A stretch of DNA of 32,000 bases from assembly GCA_035623255.1 (NCBI GenBank), contig DASPTU010000125.1, positions 166,818 to 198,817 of the forward strand, in the 5' to 3' direction. Below are positions 8,949 through 17,816 of this stretch, piece after piece (positions within the stretch are counted from its first letter, which is position 1; each line of letters begins with the position of its first letter). The position numbers and the translations under genes are program-made. The stretch is from Terriglobales bacterium (GTDB taxonomy: Bacteria > Acidobacteriota > Terriglobia > Terriglobales > Acidobacteriaceae). A model generated the notes under the pieces. The model was not told the DNA's origin. It saw nothing but the letters and a program-made list of their open reading frames with translations, and searched no databases.

Positions 8949-10099
8949 GTGCGCAGATCCCTTTGGCATGGCTGCAGCTTATCCGTATGAAAGGTCGGTT
9001 GATCGCAGCTGTGGCGGGCATCGCCTTCGCCGTCATCTTGGCTTTGGTACAGATGGCATTTCAGGACGCGCTCTACGTCAGTATTACGCAGCTGTATTCC
9101 CACTTCACCGCCGACCTGGTGCTTATCAGCCCGCGCTACCAGTGCATCATTGCTCCGGATGATTTTCCCGAGCGACGGCTTTATCAGTCGCTGGCAGTCG
9201 AAGGCGTGCAGTCGATTGCGGCCGTCTATATGGACATGGCGCAGTGGATTAACCCGATCAACCACTACGAGCGCCAGATCTTTGTGATCGGTTTTAAACC
9301 CGCGCCCGGAGTGCTGGACTTGCCATCAGTAAACCGGAACCTCGCGGAGATTGCGCAACCCGACAAAGTTTTATTTGACGAGGGCTCGCGCCCGGAATTC
9401 GGCCCCATCGGCAAGCTGTTTCGTCAGAACGGATCGGTCACATCCGAACTTTCCCATCGCCACGTGCAGGTCGTCGGCTTGTTCCAGGTGGGCGCCAGTT
9501 TTGCTAACGATGGCAACGTCATCACCAGCGACACAAATTTCCTGCGCATCGCTCCCTATCGGCAGCTCGGCATCGTGGACATTGGCCTCATCCGTGTTCA
9601 GCCGGGCACCGATATCGAAGCCGCTCGGAGTAAGCTGGCCGCCATGCTTCCGCGCGATGTCGTCGTGCTCACCAAGCAAGGCTTTCTCGATCGTGAAAAG
9701 AACTACTGGGCTTCGAGTATGCCCATCGGTTTCGTGCTGGGAGTATCGTTGGTCATGGGGTTGGTCGTCGGTGTCGTCATTGTTTACCAGATCCTTTACA
9801 GCGACGTGTCTGAGCACCTCTCCGAATTCGCCACCCTCAAGGCCATTGGCTACTCCGATCGTCGCCTGTTCTGGATCGTGGTGCAGGAGGCGCTCATTTT
9901 GGCGGTGCTGGGGTTCTTTCCGGGCCTGCTGATGGCATTGGGCGTCTACCAGATTGCTCGGTCTGCCACCGTGCTCCCGATTCAGATGACCACCGTCCGT
10001 CTTGTGGTCGTTTTTTTCCTGACGCTTGCGATGTGCGGCATTTCAGGATGTCTGGCAGTGCGTAAATTGCGCTCTGCCGATCCGGCCGAGATTTTCTAG
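8945..10099 (+). CDS. DevC-family ABC exporter permease (FtsX-type)
   Basis: 384 aa. The N-terminus IPLAWLQLIRMKGRLIAAVAGIAFAVIL is typical of DevC, and there is a C-terminal FtsX 3-TM bundle. ATGA start/stop overlap with the adaptor gene implies translational coupling. Confidence 0.85.
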   Translation: MSAQIPLAWLQLIRMKGRLIAAVAGIAFAVILALVQMAFQDALYVSITQLYSHFTADLVLISPRYQCIIAPDDFPERRLYQSLAVEGVQSIAAVYMDMAQWINPINHYERQIFVIGFKPAPGVLDLPSVNRNLAEIAQPDKVLFDEGSRPEFGPIGKLFRQNGSVTSELSHRHVQVVGLFQVGASFANDGNVITSDTNFLRIAPYRQLGIVDIGLIRVQPGTDIEAARSKLAAMLPRDVVVLTKQGFLDREKNYWASSMPIGFVLGVSLVMGLVVGVVIVYQILYSDVSEHLSEFATLKAIGYSDRRLFWIVVQEALILAVLGFFPGLLMALGVYQIARSATVLPIQMTTVRLVVVFFLTLAMCGISGCLAVRKLRSADPAEIF

Positions 10100-10108
10100 G
10101 CTCTGAGT

Positions 10109-11449
10109 ATGGAAACGGTAATCTCTATCCGCGAAGTCAACCACTATTTTGGCACGGGCGATTTGCGCCGCCAGATTCTGTTTGGCGTGTCCACCGACAT
10201 TTCACCGGGTGAGATTGTGATCCTGACAGGCCCTTCGGGATCAGGCAAAAGTACCCTACTCACTTTGGCCGGCGCTTTGCGGTCGGTTCAGGAAGGCAGC
10301 CTGCAGATTTTGGGCCGCCAACTTAAAGGCGCCGATAACCTTGAACTCGTGCGCGTGCGCGCCAATATCGGTTTCATTTTTCAAGCGCACAATCTCCTGG
10401 AAGCTCTTACCAGCCGCCAGAATGTGCAAATGTCACTGGCGCTGACTCCGGAATTGTCCGAGAGCGAAGTGCGTGCGCGTTGCGATGCGATGCTGGAGGC
10501 TGTTGGGCTAGGGCACCGCATCGACGCTTATCCTTCAGAACTATCGGGAGGTCAGCGACAGCGCGTCGCCGTGGCTCGCGCCCTCGTGCATCAGCCCAAA
10601 ATCATCCTTGCCGATGAACCCACCGCCGCTCTCGATCGCAAAACCGGCCGGGAAATCGTGGAGTTGCTGCACTCCCTGGCCAAGCATCAGGGCTGCGCCA
10701 TTCTGATGGTCACTCACGACAACCGTATTCTCGACATCGCTGACCGGGTGTTGACTCTCGAGGATGGTCGCATTACATCCTTTGTGGCCGGCTTCGCCGC
10801 CAACACTGGCCGTATGCTTTCTACCTTTGCTCAGTTGCAGCGCAAGGGAGAATTGCTGCGCCATGTCAGCGGCATGTCCAGCCGCCAGTTCCTCGACGTA
10901 CTCGATCACATGACCTCAGAATTCGACCAGTTTCTGCAGATCGTTGATCTCGGCAACCAGCAAGCCGTGCAGGCCCTTTTCGACCACATGCTGGAAGCAG
11001 TATTGATGAAAATCCGGCAATTGCTGGATGCCGATCGCGGCACGCTCTTCCTCGTGGACCACGACCGCGGGAAACTGTGGTCCAAAGTGGCCGAGACTGA
11101 TGGCGCGGAGCCTCTGAGAATCGAGATACCCAGTAACGTTGGAATCGCAGGCTACGTCGCCCGCACTGGACAGACGCTCAATATCACCGATCCCTATCAA
11201 CATCCCGACTTCAACCCGGAGGTAGACCGCCGGACTGCCTATCGCACAAAGAGCATACTGTGCATGCCGATTTTCGACCGCCAGAGGAATGTGTTTGCGG
11301 TCGCAGAGTTGCTTAACAAGCGCACCGGCCAGCCATTTGCCGCCGCCGACGAGCAGGCTTTTCGCGAGTTCGCCCCGCCTCTGGGCCTGATCCTGGAAAG
11401 CTGCCTGCGCATGACCCAGGAGCGCACCGACTTAGCCTTGGCCGCCTGA
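10109..11449 (+). CDS. DevA-family ABC ATPase fused to a C-terminal GAF domain
   Basis: Residues 1-222 carry Walker A GPSGSGKST, LSGGQRQR, Walker B IILADEPT, and DevA-like motifs NHYFG and LRSVQEGSL. Residues ~286-435 (10964-11413) are GAF-like: DRGTLFLVD...LWSKV...IPSNVGIAGYVARTGQTLNITDPYQHPDFNPEVD...ILCMPIFD...VFAVAELLNK. Confidence 0.85.
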   Translation: METVISIREVNHYFGTGDLRRQILFGVSTDISPGEIVILTGPSGSGKSTLLTLAGALRSVQEGSLQILGRQLKGADNLELVRVRANIGFIFQAHNLLEALTSRQNVQMSLALTPELSESEVRARCDAMLEAVGLGHRIDAYPSELSGGQRQRVAVARALVHQPKIILADEPTAALDRKTGREIVELLHSLAKHQGCAILMVTHDNRILDIADRVLTLEDGRITSFVAGFAANTGRMLSTFAQLQRKGELLRHVSGMSSRQFLDVLDHMTSEFDQFLQIVDLGNQQAVQALFDHMLEAVLMKIRQLLDADRGTLFLVDHDRGKLWSKVAETDGAEPLRIEIPSNVGIAGYVARTGQTLNITDPYQHPDFNPEVDRRTAYRTKSILCMPIFDRQRNVFAVAELLNKRTGQPFAAADEQAFREFAPPLGLILESCLRMTQERTDLALAA

Positions 11450-11457
11450 ACCCGTTG

Positions 11458-12708
11458 TCAGGCCACGTTACGCAGCACCAACGCTGAATTCTTGCTCCCG
11501 AACGCGATGCAATTACACACCGCCCATTCCGGCTGCATGCGGCGGCCGCACTCCGGAACGTAGTCCAGGTCGCACTCCGGATCGGGGCTCTCCAAATTGA
11601 GGGTGGGAGGCAGCACGCCGTCTCGCATCGCCAAAAGCGTGCACGCTACGCCCGCGGCGCCGCAAGCGCCTTGAGGGTGTCCGATGTGACTTTTAACTGA
11701 CGACCCCGCCAGCCGGTAAGCGTGGCCGTTGAATGCGAGTTTGATGGCCCGCGTTTCAATCCGGTCGTTCAGTTCCGTCGAAGTGCCGTGGTAGTGCACG
11801 TATTCGACGGCTGGCGGACTGATTCCCGCATCTTCGATTGCCATCTGGATAGTACGCGCGGGCTCCTCACCACACTCCTGCAAGCGGACCCGATGGTAGG
11901 CCTCGCAGGTCGAAGCGTAGCCTGCCACTTCGCCGTAAATTCGCGCACCCCGCGCCTTGGCCCGTTCCATATCTTCGAGCACGAAAAACCACGCCCCCTC
12001 GCCCAGCACAAAGCCGTCCCGATCGCGGGAAAACGGGCGTGATCCTCGTTCCGGTTGATCGTTCCATCGGGTCGTGAGGATTCGCATCAGGAGAAAACCC
12101 CGAATGATGAGCGGGGCTATGGGAGCATCCACCCCGCCTACCACCATGTAGTCGAGGTTACTCGAACGCATATGTTGGCAGGCATAGCCGATGGCATCGG
12201 TGGAGGAGGTGCAACCCGTCGAGATCACGTGGCTAAGCCCCCGAAATCCGAAATACATCGAGAACTCGCTCGCTAACGTTCCGATGGTGGAGGTGGGAAT
12301 CACATACACACTGCATTGCTTGATTTTGCCCTCGTAGTACAGCCGGTACTGCTCCTCGGTAAAATCCTGGCTGCCTCCGCCTGAACCAATCATCACGCCC
12401 ACGCGCCGCAGCTCGTCGATGCTCATGGACTGGTAGTCGATCCCGGCGTCTTCCAGGGCCTCCTTGATCGCCGCCCGCCCTAGCGGCACCGCCCGTGAAA
12501 CGTGTTGGCGGTTCAGCGGGTCCACATATTGCTCTTCGGGGAAATCCAACACCTCTCCCGCAATCTGCACCTTGAGGTGGTCGGGATTAAAGCGGGAAAT
12601 GCGGTGCACACCGCTGACGCCGCGCCGGGTTGCGCTCCAAAACGCTTCCCGACCTATGCCGTTGGGGCTGACAGCTCCGATTCCAGTTACTACGACCCGC
12701 CTTCTCAT
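11458..12708 (-). CDS. Beta-ketoacyl-ACP synthase (KAS I/II-type condensing enzyme)
   Basis: 416 aa with an intact Cys-His-His triad: STGCTSS, YHGTSTELND and KSHIGHPQG. The TGCTSS context is more like type II PKS KS-alpha than housekeeping FabF (from memory). Confidence 0.9.
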   Translation of the reverse strand: MRRRVVVTGIGAVSPNGIGREAFWSATRRGVSGVHRISRFNPDHLKVQIAGEVLDFPEEQYVDPLNRQHVSRAVPLGRAAIKEALEDAGIDYQSMSIDELRRVGVMIGSGGGSQDFTEEQYRLYYEGKIKQCSVYVIPTSTIGTLASEFSMYFGFRGLSHVISTGCTSSTDAIGYACQHMRSSNLDYMVVGGVDAPIAPLIIRGFLLMRILTTRWNDQPERGSRPFSRDRDGFVLGEGAWFFVLEDMERAKARGARIYGEVAGYASTCEAYHRVRLQECGEEPARTIQMAIEDAGISPPAVEYVHYHGTSTELNDRIETRAIKLAFNGHAYRLAGSSVKSHIGHPQGACGAAGVACTLLAMRDGVLPPTLNLESPDPECDLDYVPECGRRMQPEWAVCNCIAFGSKNSALVLRNVA

Positions 12709-13050
12709 AGAATTCGCACACTATGTAAGCCGCTGTGCTTGATATGCGTTGCCTCCGTCAAATGAAGTAAGTCGTGCGCCGGCAACACGTAGAATCAGGT
12801 GTAGGACCCCAAAGCGCGCAACATTATACTGAACGGGTCAAGAATTGCCAAGCAGTCCCCCGGCAACTACCCGCGAGCACCCAGTCCCATCCCCATCATC
12901 CGTGCCTGCCCCCGGAGGCCACCGGCGGCGTCACGCTGATCTGCCAAAACTGCTGGTGTCGATGCGGCCAATGGGATAAGCTCTGCTTGCGCCCCGCACG
13001 GAGCACTGCAAGCCCGGTGCGGCAGCGAACATCCGAGGGCGGATTACACC

Positions 13051-13308
13051 ATGGACTCTGAAGTGGCGACCAAGGTTCTGGCGATTGTGGCCTCTGTCAA
13101 GCGTGTGGACCCGGCTACCATTTCCCCCGATGCCGCGTTCGAGGAGCTGGGAATTGATTCCCTCGACCGGCTCAACATCCTGTTCGAACTGGAGAACACC
13201 TTCAACATCGATGTACCCGACGACGAGGCGCGGGCGGTGGTCACAGTAAAAGATATGATAGAGCGCCTCGAATCATATCTACAGCGGCGAACCGCACAGG
13301 GAGCCTAG
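13051..13308 (+). CDS. Acyl carrier protein
   Basis: 85 aa with the phosphopantetheine attachment motif LGIDSLDRL. It lies immediately upstream of a KS gene. Confidence 0.9.
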   Translation: MDSEVATKVLAIVASVKRVDPATISPDAAFEELGIDSLDRLNILFELENTFNIDVPDDEARAVVTVKDMIERLESYLQRRTAQGA

Positions 13309-13317
13309 CCGGGACGA

Positions 13318-14541
13318 ATGTCTCGCGTCGCTATTACCGGCCTCGGTGTCGTCTGTGCGCTGGGCAAGAACGTCAGCGAATTTCGCGAGCGCTTGTTTGC
13401 CGGCCGCTCCGCCATCCTTCCAATTACCGGCGTGGATACTTCCTCCTTGCGTTTTCGCCAGGGCGCCGAGGTACAGGATTTCAATCCCTCTGAATATTTC
13501 GACAACACGCAGCGTGAATTACTCGACCGTTTCGCGCAATTCAGTGTTCTGGCCGCCCGTCAGGCTATGGCCGATGCCGGCATCACCATCACTCCCGACC
13601 TTGCACCCCGAACCGCGGTGATCGTAGGCGCCTCGATGGGCGGAAAATCTACGGAAGACGGTGGGTATCAGGAACTGTATCTCCACCGCCGCACACGTCT
13701 GCACCCCCTTATCATTCCCCGTAGCATGGCGAACGCTGGCGCGAGCAACATCTGCATGGAGTTCGGAATCACCGGCCCGGCAATGGCCATCAGCACCGCT
13801 TGTTCGTCCGCCAACCACGCCATGGGGCTGGCCTTCGCGATGGTACGCTCCGGGCAGGTCGATGTGGCGATCACAGGCGGCAGCGAAGCTCCCTTCAGCT
13901 ACGGCATGCTGAAAGCCTGGGAGGCCATGCGCGTCGTGTCTCCTGATACTTGCCGCCCTTTCTCCAGCGACCGTTCCGGCCTTATTCTCGGCGAGGGTGG
14001 GGCCATTTTGGTGTTGGAACCTCTGGAGCGCGCCCGCGAGCGCGGCGCCAATATCTACGGTGAGATCATCGGTTTCGGCATGTCCTCCGACGCTCAGCAC
14101 ATTACTCGACCTTGCCTTGCTGGTCCAGCCCAGGCCATGAAAAATGCGATGGCCGATGCTGCCATCGAGCCCGCTGCCGTGGGATACATTAATGCCCATG
14201 GCACGGGAACCGAGACCAACGATCGGGTCGAAACCCAGGCCATTCGCGCCGTTTTTGCCCGCCATGCGGACCGAGTGCTCGTCAGCTCTACCAAGTCCAT
14301 GCACGGCCACGCGCTGGGAGCGGCCGGCGCAATTGAAGGTGTTGCCACCGTCCTCGCCTTGCGAGAGCGAATGATTCCCCCGACTGCGAACTTCACCTCG
14401 CCCGACCCGGAATGTAACCTTAACCTGGTGGTCAACAAGGGCCAACCCGCCGAGGTAGAGTGCGCCCTATCTAACTCCTTTGCCTTCGGCGGCTTGAATG
14501 CGGTTTTGGCCTTCCGCGCTCCCGCTGCCTTAGGGCTCTGA
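13318..14541 (+). CDS. Beta-ketoacyl-ACP synthase II-like condensing enzyme
   Basis: 407 aa with an intact triad: ISTACSSANHA, NAHGTGTETND and KSMHGHALGAAG. There is a 9-nt gap after the ACP stop. Confidence 0.9.
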   Translation: MSRVAITGLGVVCALGKNVSEFRERLFAGRSAILPITGVDTSSLRFRQGAEVQDFNPSEYFDNTQRELLDRFAQFSVLAARQAMADAGITITPDLAPRTAVIVGASMGGKSTEDGGYQELYLHRRTRLHPLIIPRSMANAGASNICMEFGITGPAMAISTACSSANHAMGLAFAMVRSGQVDVAITGGSEAPFSYGMLKAWEAMRVVSPDTCRPFSSDRSGLILGEGGAILVLEPLERARERGANIYGEIIGFGMSSDAQHITRPCLAGPAQAMKNAMADAAIEPAAVGYINAHGTGTETNDRVETQAIRAVFARHADRVLVSSTKSMHGHALGAAGAIEGVATVLALRERMIPPTANFTSPDPECNLNLVVNKGQPAEVECALSNSFAFGGLNAVLAFRAPAALGL

Positions 14542-14748
14542 CTATTTCCGTGGAGAGGAGTCGGAGTTGTAGTTCGATTGTTCTTTTGTATGTATACTCC
14601 CGGGGCGGGGAAACTTGGCAACGTGCCACCCGTATTTGGGGATACCGCTATGCCAACGCGCATGATGGATAAATCACCCCATCCCGGATTGTGTGCACGC
14701 GTCCCGGTTCTTTCAGCTTTGTAATTGCCAGACCACATCGAGGCCTAT

Positions 14749-16401
14749 ATGCACGTGTCGGAAGTGGGGCTCCGACAACTCGCATCGTCCGGTTGCCCTG
14801 GCCAGGAAGAAGACTTTCCTCCGCTCGGCCGCAACATCAAGGTGCTGATGGTCTGGCCGCGTGTTCCCAAATCATTTTGGGCAACGCCCGACATTCTTCC
14901 CGTAAGCGCCGTGACGGCCCCCTTGGGGCTCATCACCGTGGCCGCTTTATGCCCGCCGTATTGGACCGTCCGGCTCATCGACGAATCGGTCGAAGACGTA
15001 ACCGATGCTGACCTCCGTGATTGCGACTTGGTCATGGTCAGCGGCATGTACGTCCAGAGGAGCGGCATCGAGAGGATCCTCGGACGAGCTCGCGCCCTCG
15101 GGAAACGCACCATGGTAGGTGGCCCGTTCACCAGCAGCGACCCCAACACTGTGCTCCCCCTGGCGGATCATGTCGTGGTGGGTGAACCTGACGCGGAGTT
15201 CCGCCGCATCGCAACCGCGCTCGAAGAGGGCACCGCGGCCCGCCTTTATGTCATCGAGGACAAACCCGATGTAACCTGCACACCTGTGCCCCGATTCGAC
15301 CTGCTGAACATGAATGCTTACGCCAACATGCCGATACAGTTTTCCCGGGGCTGCCCGTTCGAATGCGAGTTCTGCGACATTATTTCGATATATGGACGAA
15401 GGCCTCGCACCAAAACTCCCGCGCAGCTTCTCCGTGAACTCGATCGCTTGTACGAGTTGGGATGGCGAAGGCCCGTCTTCCTGGTCGACGACAATTTCAT
15501 TGGCAATCACAAACTGGCACTTAACCTGACCCGTCAGATGGAGGGATGGTCGCGAGCGCACAACTATCCCTTCGCATTCCTGACCGAGGCTTCCGCTGAC
15601 CTGGCACAGCGACCCTTACTGCTGCAATCCATGGTCGAGGCCAACTTCTTTGCGGTATTCCTTGGCCTTGAAACCCCTTCCAGCGACGCACTCAAGGAAA
15701 CCAGAAAATTTCAGAACTTGCGCGCTGATCCCTTAGCGACGGTCCGTTTTCTTCAGGAAAATGGCCTCTGGATCCTGGGAGGTTTCATCATCGGTTTCGA
15801 CTCCGACACCGCCGGCATTTTTGAGCAGCAACGCGAGTTCATTGAGCGCGCGGCCATTCCCTGGGCCATGCTGGGATTTCTGCAGGCGCTGCCTCAGACG
15901 GGCCTGTACGAGCGCCTCCGCAAGGAGGGTCGGCTCCTCAAAGGTGAGCCGATCGGCAATAACTATGCGCCGCCCAACTTCCGTACTCTTCTGCCCCGCA
16001 CGACCCTGGTCAAAGGCGTCGGGGATACGCTGCGGTCTATCTACTCCCCTGCTGAGTTCTATCGCCGCTGCCTTCGTTCCCTGGAGTACTGGAAAACACG
16101 CGAGCCCCAGCAACCACCCCGGCCCAGATTAGGAGAAGCGATGCTTCTGGTAGTTCGCTGCCTTTGGCACCAGGGCGTGAAATCCAATTACCGCAGAGAA
16201 TGGTGGAAGTTCCTGTTCGCCATTCTGCGCCGCTGGCTTTTTGTGCCCATGAAAATGTGGTGGGGATGGGTATTGTTAATTTCGGCCGATCACTTTTGTC
16301 AGTACGCCGCCCAAGTAGTGGCAGAGCTCAATCGCGAAGCACAGACCCAAAAGAGCGAGCCTTTGCCGACGAGGTCGGAATCCGCAGTTTGCGCTCGGTA
16401 G
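14749..16401 (+). CDS. B12-binding-domain radical SAM enzyme (class B, long C-terminal extension as in the DUF4070 type)
   Basis: The N-terminal cobalamin-binding-like region reads IKVLMVWPRVPKSFW...DLVMVSGM. The radical SAM cluster motif CPFECEFC (CxxxCxxC) is at 15352-15375. Start ATG 14749 is preferred over TTG 14725. Confidence 0.85.
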   Translation: MHVSEVGLRQLASSGCPGQEEDFPPLGRNIKVLMVWPRVPKSFWATPDILPVSAVTAPLGLITVAALCPPYWTVRLIDESVEDVTDADLRDCDLVMVSGMYVQRSGIERILGRARALGKRTMVGGPFTSSDPNTVLPLADHVVVGEPDAEFRRIATALEEGTAARLYVIEDKPDVTCTPVPRFDLLNMNAYANMPIQFSRGCPFECEFCDIISIYGRRPRTKTPAQLLRELDRLYELGWRRPVFLVDDNFIGNHKLALNLTRQMEGWSRAHNYPFAFLTEASADLAQRPLLLQSMVEANFFAVFLGLETPSSDALKETRKFQNLRADPLATVRFLQENGLWILGGFIIGFDSDTAGIFEQQREFIERAAIPWAMLGFLQALPQTGLYERLRKEGRLLKGEPIGNNYAPPNFRTLLPRTTLVKGVGDTLRSIYSPAEFYRRCLRSLEYWKTREPQQPPRPRLGEAMLLVVRCLWHQGVKSNYRREWWKFLFAILRRWLFVPMKMWWGWVLLISADHFCQYAAQVVAELNREAQTQKSEPLPTRSESAVCAR

Positions 16402-16412
16402 AAATCCCTTCG

Positions 16413-17816
16413 TCAGTTCTCTGCGTGCCCCAGGGCTTGAAGGGGGTGGCCTGAGTCGCGTAGTGGCTGCGCGTGCAGCGTCATCATGATTTTTCGGCGC
16501 GGCCGCAAACTGATCCGGGGCTCTGTACCGATCGGCGGACCGGGAACGACATCCAGGCGCCATCGTTGTGCAATCATCGCCAGCACCAGCTCCGCTTCCA
16601 TGCTGGCAAAGCGTTTGCCCAAACAAAGTCGTGGCCCTCCTCCGAAGGGAAAATAAGAGAACGGATGACGTCCTTGCGAGCGGTCGGGCGAAAATCGTTC
16701 TGGGTCGAAGCCTTCCGGGTTTTCCCATGAAGCGGGCCGGCGGTGTGCCGAGTAGGGACTGATCACAAGTACCGACTTCGCCGGTATGTGGTAACCATCG
16801 ATGTTGTCGTCCGCGATTGCCGTCCGAGCAATGGCCCAGGCGGAAGGATAAAGCCGCAGCGTCTCCTGGACGACCATGCGCGTATAAACCATTCGAGGAA
16901 GATCGTGAAACGTCGGCGTGCGCTCTCCCAGCAGGTCGCGCACTTCGTGGTACAGCTTTGTCGCGGCCACCGGGTTTCGGGACAGCAAATACCATGCCCA
17001 GGCGATCGCGTTGGCGGTCGAATCGTATCCCGAATCCACGAGCGTGATCATCGCATCCCGAATGTGCCGGTCATCCAGGCCGGAACCATTGTCTCTGTCG
17101 CCCACCAGCAGGGACAATACGTCCGTCTGCTGCTGGGGGCAGCGCCGCCGCCGCTCGATCAACCCGTAGGCGAAACTGTCGATGGTACGCAGCGCCTTGC
17201 GCAGTCTCAGATTGGCCGGCGTCGGCAAACGGTTCAACAACGGCCGCAACGGATTTAAGCCGGATGCCGGCTTAATCCGCTGTTCCGCCGTCTCCAGGGC
17301 GGGGCACAAACTTGCGCCATGCACCGCCAGTTGCGTGCTGAACAGGGTCCTCAAGAGGATATCCAGCGTGAGATTGCGCATTTGCTCGCGGATGTCGATA
17401 GCCCGGCCGGACTCGCCTGTCTCATCCCATGCGCGCAGCAGATTGAGGGTCGCCTCTACGATGATCCGCGCAAATTCCGGATCGTGATCGCTATAAAACG
17501 CAGGTTGCGTTTGCCGGCGCTGGCGATGCCACTCTTCTCCCTCGGCCGTAACCAGCCCATCACCATGCATTCTTCTCAACTCGTCGTAGAGTGAACCCTT
17601 GCTGTAATTCATGTAATTGTCTTGCAGAATGTGTTTGATGTGCTGAGGGTCGTTCAGCAGGAACACCGGCCGCAGACGCCGGTGGCCGACGCGAACTACA
17701 TCGCCATACTCGCCGAAGAGTTGTAACAACAGGTTGGGCGCATCCTGCAGAAGACTAGGCAGCAGGCGGATAAATTCCAACGTCGAAGGTCCAGGAGCAA
17801 CTCTTGCGATCTTCAT
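16413..17816 (-). CDS. Cytochrome P450, paralogue of the 2845-4254 gene
   Basis: Heme loop FPFGGGPRLCLG and ExxR ETLRLYPS are present. The I-helix is the variant DSGYDSTA, and EGEEWHRQRRQTQPAF is also present. The longest ORF starts at GTG 17906. ATG 17816 (MKIARVAPGP...) gives a typical P450 length. Confidence 0.88.
   Translation of the reverse strand: MKIARVAPGPSTLEFIRLLPSLLQDAPNLLLQLFGEYGDVVRVGHRRLRPVFLLNDPQHIKHILQDNYMNYSKGSLYDELRRMHGDGLVTAEGEEWHRQRRQTQPAFYSDHDPEFARIIVEATLNLLRAWDETGESGRAIDIREQMRNLTLDILLRTLFSTQLAVHGASLCPALETAEQRIKPASGLNPLRPLLNRLPTPANLRLRKALRTIDSFAYGLIERRRRCPQQQTDVLSLLVGDRDNGSGLDDRHIRDAMITLVDSGYDSTANAIAWAWYLLSRNPVAATKLYHEVRDLLGERTPTFHDLPRMVYTRMVVQETLRLYPSAWAIARTAIADDNIDGYHIPAKSVLVISPYSAHRRPASWENPEGFDPERFSPDRSQGRHPFSYFPFGGGPRLCLGKRFASMEAELVLAMIAQRWRLDVVPGPPIGTEPRISLRPRRKIMMTLHAQPLRDSGHPLQALGHAEN

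Noticed and set aside
13519-14738. 308-aa and 214-aa minus-strand ORFs (13519-14445 and 14094-14738)
   Set aside because: Both are antisense to the KS gene, which has an intact Cys-His-His triad. Both translations are G/R/A-rich shadow frames.
14542-14748. Possible cobalamin riboswitch or sigma-54 promoter upstream of the B12-radical SAM gene (GGGGAAACTTGGCAACGTGCCACCC)
   Set aside because: A B12 riboswitch would fit the context, but I cannot find the B12-box or the GGTG...CC core. The region (~200 nt) lacks the expected paired elements. TGGCAA is not followed by TTGC at the GG-N10-GC spacing needed for sigma-54. A cmscan against Rfam RF00174 would settle it.
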